Assembly: GCA_047285535.1 (NCBI GenBank)
Contig: JBJBDC010000001.1
Span: 992,136-1,056,135 of the forward strand
Origin: Synechococcus sp.
Lineage (GTDB): Bacteria; Cyanobacteriota; Cyanobacteriia; PCC-6307; Cyanobiaceae
DNA: 64,000 bases
Direction: 5' to 3'
Shown here in pieces: positions 9,620-19,531 of this stretch (position 1 is its first letter; each line of letters opens with the position of its first letter). The notes under the pieces were generated by a model. It saw nothing but the letters and a program-made list of their open reading frames with translations. It made no database searches and was not told the origin of the DNA. Made by a program: the position numbers and the translations under genes.

Positions 9620-10681
9620 ATGCGTACGCTAGTGGTTACCGGAATCGTCATTCTTTCGATTCCGATCTCAGCAATCGCAAAGGAATTGCGAGTTGGGGTG
9701 AGTGGATCTCCACCATTCGTGACCAACCAGAACAATACTTTAGGTGGGATCAGTATTGAAATTTGGAAAAACGCAGCAAGTCGCCTAGACCAACCCTACA
9801 AATTTATTATTCAGCCAAACACAGAGTCAAATATAAAATCCGTAATGGATGGAAGCGTTGACGTTGCCATCGGCCCAATCAGTATCACTCCAGATCGATT
9901 AGCCAATCCAAAAGTTGATTTCACTCAACCCTATTACCATGGGCACGAGGGATTACTTCTTCCCAAGAAGCCACCGGGAATCATCGCCAGGCTCAGACCA
10001 TTTATAGGCTGGGCTGCACTTTCATCTGTTGGACTACTTCTCTCTATTCTATTTATTTTTGGCAATCTAATTTGGTTAGCTGAACGACGAAAAAACCCAG
10101 CTCAATTCCCTCGACAATACCTTCATGGCGTCGGCAACGGAATGTGGTTTGGACTGGTTACACTGACCACAGTCGGATACGGCGATCGAGCACCACTTTC
10201 AAGGAGTGGAAGGGCTATTGCAGGGATTTGGATGGTCATCTCACTAGTCGCAGTTTCTTCAATTACGGCCGGACTTGCATCAGCATTTACATTGTCACTA
10301 GCGCGATTAGGGCCATCAAAAATACAAAAAAAATCAGACTTAAAAGGGAAAGTTATTGCCGTAATCAAAGGCACTACAAGCCAAAAATGGGGTGAAGTTT
10401 ACGAAACCGATTCGTTTCTAACAAAAAACCTAGACGAGGCAATCAATCTTCTAGAAGAAGGTAAAGTTGACGGAGTAATTTTCGACGAAGCTCCGCTTCG
10501 CTATTATCTCAAGAATAACAAAGGAAGCACATTAAAACTTGCAAACTTCCCTTTAGCCATTCAAACCTACGGATTTGTTCTTCCAACAGGAAGTCAAATT
10601 AGAAACCCCTTAAACATTGAACTGCTTGACATGCAACGCAACGGAGACACGAAGAAGATCCAAGATGATCTACTAGATTAA
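9620..10681 (+). CDS. GluR0-like ligand-gated potassium channel (amino-acid-binding S1/S2 domains + K+ pore)
   Basis: LRVGVSGSPPF, GPISITPDR, TLTTVGYGD selectivity filter, KGTTS, YGFVLP. Confidence 0.9.
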   Translation: MRTLVVTGIVILSIPISAIAKELRVGVSGSPPFVTNQNNTLGGISIEIWKNAASRLDQPYKFIIQPNTESNIKSVMDGSVDVAIGPISITPDRLANPKVDFTQPYYHGHEGLLLPKKPPGIIARLRPFIGWAALSSVGLLLSILFIFGNLIWLAERRKNPAQFPRQYLHGVGNGMWFGLVTLTTVGYGDRAPLSRSGRAIAGIWMVISLVAVSSITAGLASAFTLSLARLGPSKIQKKSDLKGKVIAVIKGTTSQKWGEVYETDSFLTKNLDEAINLLEEGKVDGVIFDEAPLRYYLKNNKGSTLKLANFPLAIQTYGFVLPTGSQIRNPLNIELLDMQRNGDTKKIQDDLLD

Positions 10682-10689
10682 CCATCTTT

Positions 10690-10926
10690 TTAAGTCAAGA
10701 CGTCGTGTCTCCGAAGTCCATCTTCGATTAAAAATGTTGCAAGACTGCTACAACTCCTCCCCTCCTTTAGAGCTTGCTGCTTTAGACGATTCATCACCCC
10801 AGAAGGGATGGTCACATTGAGGCGCTCCGAACAAGCTGCTTCTGCAACCTGTCCTGCGCTTATGGGAGCATCGACAGCGACCAACTGATCCTGCAGCTCG
10901 CGAAGAAGATTTTCCAGGACCGACAC
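10690..10926 (-). CDS. CopG/ribbon-helix-helix DNA-binding protein
   Basis: RLNVTIP...LKQQALKEGRSCSSLATFLIEDGL. Confidence 0.75.
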   Translation of the reverse strand: MSVLENLLRELQDQLVAVDAPISAGQVAEAACSERLNVTIPSGVMNRLKQQALKEGRSCSSLATFLIEDGLRRHDVLT

Positions 10927-11019
10927 AGTTTAGTGACTAATTCGTATCAAAATACCATTACATGGCGTGACTAGCACCCGGTTATTCTTCTCCGTACCTA
11001 AGGGAGGGTGGATTCACCG

Positions 11020-11640
11020 ATGGAAACGCTGACGCTGCATCTTGAACCTGGTCAAGACCTGCTTCAATCGTTATCGGAAGTAGCGCAACAAAGAGGGATC
11101 AACGGCTTTTTGCTTGGAATCGTTGGGAATCTATCCCGAGCCACGTTTCAATGCCCCGGCAGAGAGAGCACAACGGTTCTAGAAGGTGAGCTAGAGATCA
11201 TCACCTTGAATGGAACATTCGGAACCGACGGAGTGCATCTCCACTTGAGTCTTTCCGACGGTGCCTGCCAAGTTTGGGGAGGGCACCTGGAAACGGGATC
11301 CTTAGTGTTCAAAAGTGTTGATCTACTGCTTGGAATTCTTGAGCAAAAGGAAGCTTTAGATGAACGCAGCCTCCCACAGGTCGAAATTGCAGTACTTCCA
11401 GGATGTCCATGGTGTGCGAAAGCCTTGCGCTTATTGCATGCGTACAACCTTGCTCACACAGTCATTACTGTCGACAATGACGACACTTTTCAACAGTGCA
11501 AGAAAAGAAGTGGGATGACAACTTTTCCTCAAGTATTTGTCAAGGGTCAGTCAATCGGTGGATATGATGAGCTGGAACAACTACAACAATCAGGAAAGCT
11601 TCTTGCACTGATGCCAATGAATCAAACTCAACCCGGATAA
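11020..11640 (+). CDS. DUF296 (PPC) domain fused to glutaredoxin
   Basis: LEPGQDL, LEIITLNGT, HLHLSLSD...WGGHL; C-terminal CPWC...TFPQVF...GGYD. Confidence 0.88.
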   Translation: METLTLHLEPGQDLLQSLSEVAQQRGINGFLLGIVGNLSRATFQCPGRESTTVLEGELEIITLNGTFGTDGVHLHLSLSDGACQVWGGHLETGSLVFKSVDLLLGILEQKEALDERSLPQVEIAVLPGCPWCAKALRLLHAYNLAHTVITVDNDDTFQQCKKRSGMTTFPQVFVKGQSIGGYDELEQLQQSGKLLALMPMNQTQPG

Positions 11641-11722
11641 TGAACAGAAGGAAAGATTAAATAACACAAGAGGCCATAAACGACATCAAGAATTTTCGAA
11701 CCGGCTAGTTGCACTCAGAGTA

Positions 11723-11923
11723 TTACCTTGGAGCTTGATTTCCTCTGAAGTGTTGCTTTTCTTGCAATAACTCTGATTCTAGTTGTTGAATTAACTTAGT
11801 AACAAGGGCTTGAAATTCCGGTTGACAACCGCGAAACGCGGCTTTATGCCGTATTGGCTCATTACGAGTTCTTAGGTCCGTCAGCATCAGCTGCAAGGCA
11901 TCAATTTTGGCTGTGTTATTCAT
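11723..11923 (-). CDS. Conserved hypothetical protein
   Basis: LQLMLTDLRTRNEPIRHKAAFRGCQPEFQAL resembles a recurrent picocyanobacterial small protein. Confidence 0.65.
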   Translation of the reverse strand: MNNTAKIDALQLMLTDLRTRNEPIRHKAAFRGCQPEFQALVTKLIQQLESELLQEKQHFRGNQAPR

Positions 11924-12165
11924 GAATCGTGTGTCTCTCAAGAATCAAGGATTGAAACCACTCGGGAGTCTTCCCTAATTGTACTCTTGGCCTAGGTCTT
12001 AGCCATAAGAACTCCACACATCATGCAAGGAATCCACAGACTAATCAGCTTGCAAGAAGTAGACTGGTGGATACAGAGAGCGAACACAAATCCATAAGTC
12101 AAACCATAGAGCAACAACACCCACACTCCACCCTGTCAAAAACTCACAGAGATAAATAAACTAAA

Positions 12166-12384
12166 ATGTTTTACTCATGCAATCCAACGAAGCAAATGCA
12201 ACTCATAACTTCGAAAAAGGGAACCAATAGTCTCTCAAAAAGGATTGGTCATGCACTGAGTCGTAAATCCATCTACAAGATAGCGCAAGAACAAAAACGT
12301 CATGACCTCGAACATTGGGATAAGCAAAAAGCGCTATATAAAGAGCAAAGAATCAATAAATCCATCCATATCATTCACACCTAG
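12166..12384 (+). CDS. Hypothetical protein
   Basis: ATG ORF in an intergenic gap. Confidence 0.35.
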   Translation: MFYSCNPTKQMQLITSKKGTNSLSKRIGHALSRKSIYKIAQEQKRHDLEHWDKQKALYKEQRINKSIHIIHT

Positions 12385-12479
12385 TCATCAGTTCGCTTGT
12401 CTGAAAATAGAAGAAACAGTAGACTGAACATCTTCTGACTCAAAGCTTCAGAGCCCATAAGTTTCTTGAGCATATTGTC

Positions 12480-12701
12480 ATGGCGTTCAACAAATGCTGT
12501 TTGCGTTGTGGGTCAACCTCATTCCGTGCAGACCGATCCCTTGCTGGGCGATTAGTATGCACACGTTGCGGTACACCAGCAGGGCAAGGGCCAATCAGTA
12601 GAACCAAACAACATGTCAGTCACAATATTGACCGTCGATGGAGGTGGTGGTTAATCGGGTTTGCAGTACTTCTTATGGTGGTTTTACTGCAATCATTATG
12701 A
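12480..12701 (+). CDS. Zn-ribbon small membrane protein
   Basis: CxxC...CxxC (CLRC, CTRC) plus C-terminal TM helix. Confidence 0.75.
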   Translation: MAFNKCCLRCGSTSFRADRSLAGRLVCTRCGTPAGQGPISRTKQHVSHNIDRRWRWWLIGFAVLLMVVLLQSL

Positions 12702-12827
12702 ACAAATAAGAGACAATCAATGGCATTATTTAAGTTTCAAATCTCAACAGGCTGATCGCATTAATCAGAAATATTGAATGTTCTCCCCACCTGAATTTAA
12801 AAAGAAAACCATATTTTGTTCATACTA

Positions 12828-13337
12828 TCAGAGATCAAAATATCTCCAAGGGATGCCGAAGGTTGCTAGAGCATGACCCTCTTCACCCATCTCTGCAGGA
12901 AAAACAGCGGCTATTGCCAACTCATCGTCCTCAAAACAATTGCGTGACTTTACGACGAAACTTGCCAGGTCATCAGCACCCCACATCAACGGACCTGCTT
13001 TCTTCTCATCCAGATACTCGTCAAAGATGACAGCAAACTCGTCACCATTTTGACCATTGAGCATCTCCTCAACAGCTGCCTCAGAGCCACGATCTGGATA
13101 AATTGAAAATAATTGCCGTATGAGTGGATGATCAATTTTCGTTGATACGCGCAGTACACTTCCCAAAGTCCCAACAGAAGACTGGGTAAGAAAGGGCGGT
13201 TCTTGACGGGCATCGATGACCGCTACAGGAAAGTTAAGATCCCAAACCAGTTTTGTCCTTACCTCAGCAGCAACCACCGCTAAGGGCTCAGACATCTGTT
13301 CAACCAATCTCTTGACCTGATCTTCTGAGATGCTCAT
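12828..13337 (-). CDS. Hypothetical protein
   Basis: 169-aa acidic ORF with globular composition. Confidence 0.7.
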   Translation of the reverse strand: MSISEDQVKRLVEQMSEPLAVVAAEVRTKLVWDLNFPVAVIDARQEPPFLTQSSVGTLGSVLRVSTKIDHPLIRQLFSIYPDRGSEAAVEEMLNGQNGDEFAVIFDEYLDEKKAGPLMWGADDLASFVVKSRNCFEDDELAIAAVFPAEMGEEGHALATFGIPWRYFDL

Positions 13338-14462
13338 ACATACAAAATAGCGCTTGGAAGCATTGGCAAGAATCAATCTCTATGATAACAAATAAAGTGA
13401 GCACAAATGAAATTCAAATCCAGCAGCAAATTCATGAAGAAGTTCAAAAACAACTTCATCATACTGCTGAACAATCAAAACCAAAAAATGGACATTTCAA
13501 CAAATAACCAATAGCAAGACAACGTCTTGCAGAGCAATCAACTTAAAGACGATAAACATACAGAGACACGACAAACAGCTAGCAACAATTAGCGAGACAT
13601 AGGAACAATCAAAGCCATCTCACCAGGGCAATAACCCATGCAAATAATCATCAATACAGACGCAAAAAGGAACCAACCAGAGAGCTCAAAACGAAACATC
13701 AAAATCGATCAGCCAAAAAGGAGTCAACAATTACCCAAGCAGCTAAATCCAAAACACGAACTTAAAACACCTGCAATTGACTAGTGATCTATACAGATAG
13801 AGATTCAATGATTTAAAAATTCATCTAGACTTGAAATAAGAGTAGCAATCACATGGCAGTCAGAACAAAGAGCTGGCTTTGAGTTCAAAGACTAAACAAG
13901 TGAGTTGGAATACTTCCACATTGCTGTCATAACCCCTACGGCTATTGTAATCATGAGCACGCTCATGCTGATGGTATTAAAGCGAATTCGTCTTTGTATT
14001 TCCGGCATTGTTCACCTTGGATGGTGGGATGACGATAAGACAAATAAAAGATAATGACGAGATTGTATTATTCCTTCGTAAAATAGATATCACAATTGCA
14101 GGAACCCCCACCCCCTTAACTACAACCCATTACAAAGATTCCGAAAGATCTTGCATTGGGCCAAAACTCAGGAATCTTAGTGAAGCGCAATAAGTGGTTC
14201 CTGAATTCAGACCAAAGAAAAAGCAAATCATTGCAAAGCCTCTTCACCATCGACCGAATCCTGAACAGGAGAAAAAATCAAAAACCAACTATTGACGCAA
14301 TATCATGGAACTAATACTCAGCAACCAATCTTGACTCAAGTCAATGTCAAAAACAAAACAACAAAAAACTTATAAACTGAATTGATGCAAGCATTTCCTC
14401 AGGCAACGCCCTAGGTAGGATGGATCGATGCTATGCAGGATTAGCTTTGGAGAAGGAGTTAA

Positions 14463-14831
14463 ATGAGAAAGCTCAAGCCTAGGATAAAAGCACTATGTCT
14501 TAGCTTAAGCGTGACCGCAGTAATCTCAAGGCCTCTATATTCAGAAGAGATAAGAGACAAAGAGTGGATTTACATTGGCGATTCTCATGAAACAGAGAAA
14601 GTATACATAAAAAACATCAAAAAAATAGGCAAAGCTGAATTCGCCTACCAAGATTCAAATAATAATATGATTCTAGTCAAATGTGGCAGGGATCAAACCA
14701 TGGTAAGACTTTGGTATTACAACACTATAGGGAGTGAAGAATCTGATGACTTCACAAAAAAGATGCAATGGCATCGCGCAGCAGACAATTCAAAGATCGA
14801 CCTCGAGAGCACTTATATTTGTGATAATTGA
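14463..14831 (+). CDS. Secreted hypothetical protein (AT-rich)
   Basis: AAGGAG RBS, signal peptide, WIYIGDS segment, two Cys in the mature part. Confidence 0.6.
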   Translation: MRKLKPRIKALCLSLSVTAVISRPLYSEEIRDKEWIYIGDSHETEKVYIKNIKKIGKAEFAYQDSNNNMILVKCGRDQTMVRLWYYNTIGSEESDDFTKKMQWHRAADNSKIDLESTYICDN

Positions 14832-14977
14832 TGGATACGAGTGATGTCTTAGAAATCAGAAACAAGACATCCTATTAGAATCAATCCAAATCAACTTGAA
14901 TCCAAATCCCCCCCTCCATTTCATGTGAAGGGGGTGGACAAACAGAACTAGACCTCGAAATCAACAATTTCGATCAA

Positions 14978-15319
14978 TCAGGACCATCCTTTAGCAGATT
15001 GCGACTCAACATAGGCAGCTACATCACTAATTTCATCACTGCCAAGCTTGGAGCCGAAGGCAGGCATACCATTCTTGCCGTTGGTCACCTGCGTAATGAT
15101 GGCTGACTCATGACCATCGTTGTAGTCAGTTAAATAAGCTTTGAGATCATCTTGGCTCAATGTCCGCTGACCATTGACAACATTTCCTCCACCCATGTGG
15201 CAAGCAGCGCAATTGGCTGAAAAAACCTGTGCACCATTGGCCTGATCTGCTGCAAATGCAAACGAAGGCGTCATCAGACTGATCAAAGCAACCAAGGCAA
15301 AACAAAGGACTTGACGCAT
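14978..15319 (-). CDS. petJ: Cytochrome c6
   Basis: Signal peptide [12 protein letters not shown] heme motif, [12 protein letters not shown] with axial Met. Confidence 0.95.
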   Translation of the reverse strand: MRQVLCFALVALISLMTPSFAFAADQANGAQVFSANCAACHMGGGNVVNGQRTLSQDDLKAYLTDYNDGHESAIITQVTNGKNGMPAFGSKLGSDEISDVAAYVESQSAKGWS

Positions 15320-15456
15320 GACTGGAACAAAAGGCACATGAATAGTGCCAAATTGATCCTCTTTTCACGCGCATCCGAGGTATAGCTTCATTTTTGTTTT
15401 GTAAAGTCCGCGTCAAGTTCGTTCAGACTAGACATCCACCTCTTATTCCCCAAGCC

Positions 15457-15942
15457 ATGTTCCGAACTGTGCGCTATGCACTTTTCGCCTTTGCCCTGAT
15501 GGCCTGGTTAATCATTCAACCAGTAAAAGCCATCGCTTGCGTCGAAGGACTGGCCTGGGGGATGCCCGAAGCCGAGATCAATACTCACTTAAATGGGCTT
15601 ATTCGGCAAGACAGCCAAAATCATCCACGCCTCATCGCACGTCATGTTCACCTCGACCAACTTCCTGTTACTCAATTAACGATGGACATGGACAAGCAAG
15701 GGGGTCTTGAGTCTCTGGCCTATGAATTCAACATAGAGGACATGACGGAAGTTCTCGCCGGATTAAGGGTTAGACATGGCAAGCCAATTAGCACATCAAT
15801 TCAAGAAAAGACGTATGAAGATCAGCTTTGGGTTTGGAACACTGGAGAGGATCTGATCACTGCCATTAAACGAACAAACGGTCAAACACAAAAATTTCTT
15901 ATTTCCTATCGCCCTAGCAGACTAAGACCAGAAGCCCTGTAA
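15457..15942 (+). CDS. Secreted hypothetical protein
   Basis: Signal peptide then GLAWGM motif; 161 aa. Confidence 0.7.
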   Translation: MFRTVRYALFAFALMAWLIIQPVKAIACVEGLAWGMPEAEINTHLNGLIRQDSQNHPRLIARHVHLDQLPVTQLTMDMDKQGGLESLAYEFNIEDMTEVLAGLRVRHGKPISTSIQEKTYEDQLWVWNTGEDLITAIKRTNGQTQKFLISYRPSRLRPEAL

Positions 15943-16149
15943 AACATTGCGTTAAAGCATAATCAAATCATCAAATATAACGCGAATTAACCCTAGAGAT
16001 GTGTTCATGCGAAACAATACAATGACACCCAAAGCAACCTCACGCCAGCGGATTATACGGATAATCCAATATTTTATTCGGCATCATAAACCCTAAGACC
16101 TCAACTTGATGAATTCATTTCACTCTTTCTACAAAAAAATCATTCTAAA

Positions 16150-16377
16150 ATGAATGCTCTATCATTGAAATTTATCACTGCTATGACTGATCTTTTCACG
16201 CTAGTTGATGCCATCCGCTGGCCAACAGCAACAGTGCTCGCAATATTCTTGCTCAGTCGAGCCCTCATTGTGGTGGCCAGAACAGGGATTCGCGTTGAAA
16301 TTTTTACTCGAAGACCCATTCTGGTGGGAACAGGGCAAGAACCTCTCAAGGCAGAGGTCGGGAAGGTGCGTATCTAG
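16150..16377 (+). CDS. Small membrane protein
   Basis: One TM helix (RWPTATVLAIFLL). Confidence 0.55.
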   Translation: MNALSLKFITAMTDLFTLVDAIRWPTATVLAIFLLSRALIVVARTGIRVEIFTRRPILVGTGQEPLKAEVGKVRI

Positions 16378-16400
16378 AGACAAACACAAATCAAGAGGAT

Positions 16401-16664
16401 TCAGATTCGCTCTATCTCTCTGTTGATTTCCTCTTCGGTAAAAGAGTGGCGAAGGGGGTGAGTCAGTTTCCAGCCTTGAATTACGAGGGCGATGCCCCAA
16501 CCTAAAATTGGATAGATAGGCCAAAAATAACCAAATCCAGTGAGTGCCCAGATTCCAATCAAAACTGCGTTTACACCAACATAGTTTGTTACTTGATGGC
16601 GATATGCCCGCTTACGACTAAGCCGACTAATGGCATAACGCCGAGATTGATCGTCGTAAATCAT
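16401..16664 (-). CDS. 2TM domain protein
   Basis: YVGVNAVLIGIW...YFWPIYPILGWGIAL...TEEEINREI. Confidence 0.85.
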   Translation of the reverse strand: MIYDDQSRRYAISRLSRKRAYRHQVTNYVGVNAVLIGIWALTGFGYFWPIYPILGWGIALVIQGWKLTHPLRHSFTEEEINREIERI

Positions 16665-16709
16665 CCGAGTAAAAAGAAAGCATCCTGACAGTAATAGCTC
16701 AGAATCTGA

Positions 16710-17753
16710 TCAAAAACTGAAACTGACACCAGTACCCACATGATGACTAAAGCCCTTCCCCCAACCCTCACCGCCTTTGGAACTGTAGATAGGTTTCCAA
16801 TGAGCAAATAAAACCACGCCTTCAGTCAGGGGATACTCCATTGAAATCTCTCCTCCCCAGTCTGTCCTTTGAGAGAGTCCGGAATAGTTACCGGGTGTAT
16901 AAAACCGTGGACCAGCTGTCAGGGTGACGTTGAGCTGGTCTACAAAAAAACCGAACCCCAGCCATGTATCTGTGTAATTACCAATAAAGAGCCCATCGGT
17001 TTCCCATCCACTGCGGTTCTCTACAGAAACAAACACACCATCAATAATGGACTCCAGGCCATCACCAAGTGCGAAGTTGACATCACCATCTCCAAAGGCA
17101 TAAACAACCTTTGCACCTACTTCATTTTTGAGACCGACACTGTCTTCTCCTTGATTACCAGTCACGTAGTAAGGCCACCAAGACACTGAAAAGGCAAGAC
17201 GATCATTTGGTTGATACCGAGCTGAGACGTAGCCCTTGATGTCAGTACGGCGGAAAGGGGCCCCAGATCCGTGGCCATGACCTTCATGACCGGTGTGCTC
17301 TTCATGCTCATCGCCATGGCCATCCGCATGCTCGTCCCCGTGCTCTTCATGCTCATCGTCATGGTCGTCCGCATGCTCGTCCCCGTGCTCTTCATGGTCT
17401 CCATCGTCCACGTGAACACGGCCATAAAAATGCTCAGCTTCCCCCCACACGAGAGCCGGACCGATCTGAGCCTCAATCGCAAAACTTCCATCGTTGGGAA
17501 GTCCCCATTCCAAAACAGCTCCAAATTGACCATCAATGGCGTAGTGCTCCGGGCGTCCTTCGAGATTTGTCTCAAATCCACCATGCCCCTCAATCGTGAC
17601 GATTGGTCTGGCGTTGAATTCACCGGGTTTTAAAGACTCCCCCCCTGCAGCACTATGTGATTGTGCTGATTTAATCGCAAGATCACCAGCAAATAAAAAA
17701 CAAAAAACTGCTCCCCCTTGCAGGCAACGTCGTAAAAAGTGATTCATAATCAT
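16710..17753 (-). CDS. Putative outer-membrane beta-barrel protein with His/Asp/Glu-rich insertion
   Basis: Signal peptide, alternating aromatic/Gly beta-strand pattern, C-terminal GTGVSFSF (terminal Phe), 14 His in a 49-aa stretch. Confidence 0.7.
   Translation of the reverse strand: MIMNHFLRRCLQGGAVFCFLFAGDLAIKSAQSHSAAGGESLKPGEFNARPIVTIEGHGGFETNLEGRPEHYAIDGQFGAVLEWGLPNDGSFAIEAQIGPALVWGEAEHFYGRVHVDDGDHEEHGDEHADDHDDEHEEHGDEHADGHGDEHEEHTGHEGHGHGSGAPFRRTDIKGYVSARYQPNDRLAFSVSWWPYYVTGNQGEDSVGLKNEVGAKVVYAFGDGDVNFALGDGLESIIDGVFVSVENRSGWETDGLFIGNYTDTWLGFGFFVDQLNVTLTAGPRFYTPGNYSGLSQRTDWGGEISMEYPLTEGVVLFAHWKPIYSSKGGEGWGKGFSHHVGTGVSFSF
17295..17396. repeat. 45-bp coding tandem repeat (2.3 copies) encoding HEEHGDEHADxHxDE
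   Basis: Units start at 17295, 17340 and 17385 (gtgctcttcatg...). Confidence 0.9.
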
Positions 17754-17800
17754 GGAAGCTGTTCAGACAAAAAGTGAAAAGAAAAAGGTAAAAAAGGAAA

Positions 17801-18706
17801 TTACTGGATTGCAGCCCAACGCTTTTGTAATTGAATGGCTCCTGGTTGATCACAACGGCCTCCTTGGGCCACAACAAATGTGCAGACATTAGCTGTGGCC
17901 GTTTGAATTAAACTTTTACCGGGTTTCTGACCATCTGGATATAAAGGCTGCTTTGCGATGGGAACACCACTACTACGACTGATACGTTTCAGTGTCTTAG
18001 TAGGAGGGAGAGAATCAGCAAATATTGCTTTGCTTCCAGATGATTTAATCGCCTTACTGATTGCTGATAAACTAGAAGGTCTTAACTTTCCACCCGGAGC
18101 ATAGCTGTCTAAAACAGGCAACTCACGCAATCCATAACGATTTGCGAACCAGGAAAAAGCTCGATGCCCTGTAACCATTACACGTTGCTTTTCAGGTACT
18201 GTCTGAATCTGCTGATTAGTCCAGTCACCGAGAGACATTAAAACACCATTAATGGAAGATCGACGGCGAGAGATTGCAGCGTCAATATTTTCATCGAAAA
18301 AAGGCTTAGTCCTAGCTGCAACAATATTTGCCATCAAGGCAATATTTGCCGGGTCATGCCAGACATGCGGATCCTTGAGAGGATTAGAAGGGATCGCTCG
18401 TTCAGCGACAAAAACAACAGATCCAGGTATTTTAATTTTGTTTAACGCAGGCGTTAAATTGTAACCATTAACCAGTGCAATTTTTGATTGAGAAAGATTG
18501 CGTCTATCAGCTGGGGTTAACGCCATAGTGTGCGGATCCGCACCGGCAGGAATCAGACAAACAACTTTGGCCTGAGAAGCTAACAACTTCTTGGTCAAAT
18601 CACAAAGAATGCCATCAGCAGCAACAACGACAGGCTTGCTAGGAGCAGCAGCAACTAGCAGACCCGCAAGAGAGGTAGCAGCAATCAGCGACACAAACAA
18701 AAACAC
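17801..18706 (-). CDS. znuA: Zn-type metal ABC transporter substrate-binding protein
   Basis: GADPH, KDPHVW, GHRAF, PDG give the His-His-His-Asp ligand set; no His-rich loop. Confidence 0.82.
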   Translation of the reverse strand: MFLFVSLIAATSLAGLLVAAAPSKPVVVAADGILCDLTKKLLASQAKVVCLIPAGADPHTMALTPADRRNLSQSKIALVNGYNLTPALNKIKIPGSVVFVAERAIPSNPLKDPHVWHDPANIALMANIVAARTKPFFDENIDAAISRRRSSINGVLMSLGDWTNQQIQTVPEKQRVMVTGHRAFSWFANRYGLRELPVLDSYAPGGKLRPSSLSAISKAIKSSGSKAIFADSLPPTKTLKRISRSSGVPIAKQPLYPDGQKPGKSLIQTATANVCTFVVAQGGRCDQPGAIQLQKRWAAIQ

Positions 18707-18711
18707 CTTGC

Positions 18712-18740
18712 GCCAAAATGATAATGATTATCATTTTGGC
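18712..18740. promoter_or_regulatory. Zur/Fur-type operator (perfect 14-1-14 palindrome)
   Basis: gccaaaaTGATAATgATTATCAttttggc contains the 7-1-7 TGATAATnATTATCA cyanobacterial Zur box; 5-nt gap to the znuA start; overlaps the znuB stop. Confidence 0.85.
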
Positions 18741-19531
18741 TGTCTAGGCTTTGTGGTCGAAAGAACACTCAGTAGAAGGACGCAGCAAACTCCAATCAAA
18801 GGGCCTGGGGGCAAATCAAAAAGGAGCGCAAGTAAAAACCCCCCACCGCTCAGAGCTAATCCAACCACCGCAGACTGCATCATGGCTGCTCGCAAGCTTC
18901 GTGCTTGCGCCAAACCTGGCAAAACAGGAGCACAAAGTAAGCCAATCACTAAAATCACTCCCACCGCAGCCATTGCGCTCACAATGACTGTGGCAGTCAC
19001 GACACACAAAGCAAGCCTTAAGCCTCGGACGGGCAAGCCAGCAGCGTCAGCACCATCTGGATCCACGCCCAAATAGACAAGTTGTTGGTAACGGGTCGTG
19101 AGAAGTGCACTGAGAAGTAATCCCGCAAACAGCACTCGAACTAAATCAGGCCAAGAAATTATTAGCAAATCTCCGAACAGCAGAGCCTCCAAGTCCAAGC
19201 GCACATCCAAAAGAGGAATCATTAAGACCCCGAGCCCAAGGGATCCAGCCAAGACAGTATTCATGACAGCTTCCTGATTGGGAGTTGAATCACGTTGCAG
19301 CCGTTCCGCCAGCAACGCACCGAAGATTCCACTGATTACGCCGCCAAGAGAAGGATCCAACCCGAGTGCAACGGCCAGGACCAAACCTGGGAGTACGGCA
19401 TGAGAAATTAAATTGGCCTGGAGCACCCGTCTCTGAGTTACCAAAAGAGTGCCGGTGATCGGACAAAGCAGCCCAACCATTAAGGCCATCAACAGGGGCA
19501 GCAGCCAGAAAATAAATTCATCCACAGCCAT
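18731..19531 (-). CDS. znuB: Metal ABC transporter permease
   Basis: ISHAVLPG, LEALLFGDLL, VGVILV (ABC-3 family). Confidence 0.85.
   Translation of the reverse strand: MAVDEFIFWLLPLLMALMVGLLCPITGTLLVTQRRVLQANLISHAVLPGLVLAVALGLDPSLGGVISGIFGALLAERLQRDSTPNQEAVMNTVLAGSLGLGVLMIPLLDVRLDLEALLFGDLLIISWPDLVRVLFAGLLLSALLTTRYQQLVYLGVDPDGADAAGLPVRGLRLALCVVTATVIVSAMAAVGVILVIGLLCAPVLPGLAQARSLRAAMMQSAVVGLALSGGGFLLALLFDLPPGPLIGVCCVLLLSVLSTTKPRQPK

Noticed and set aside
12059..12074. gta...gatac sites here and near 43233 as NtcA boxes
   Set aside because: Spacing is N10, not GTA-N8-TAC
17295..17396. Tandem repeat as a CRISPR array
   Set aside because: No spacers, in-frame coding repeat, no cas genes
17162..17633. 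Met-rich repetitive ORFs 17162..17623 (-) and 17271..17633 (+)
   Set aside because: Alternative-frame readings of the His/acidic repeat
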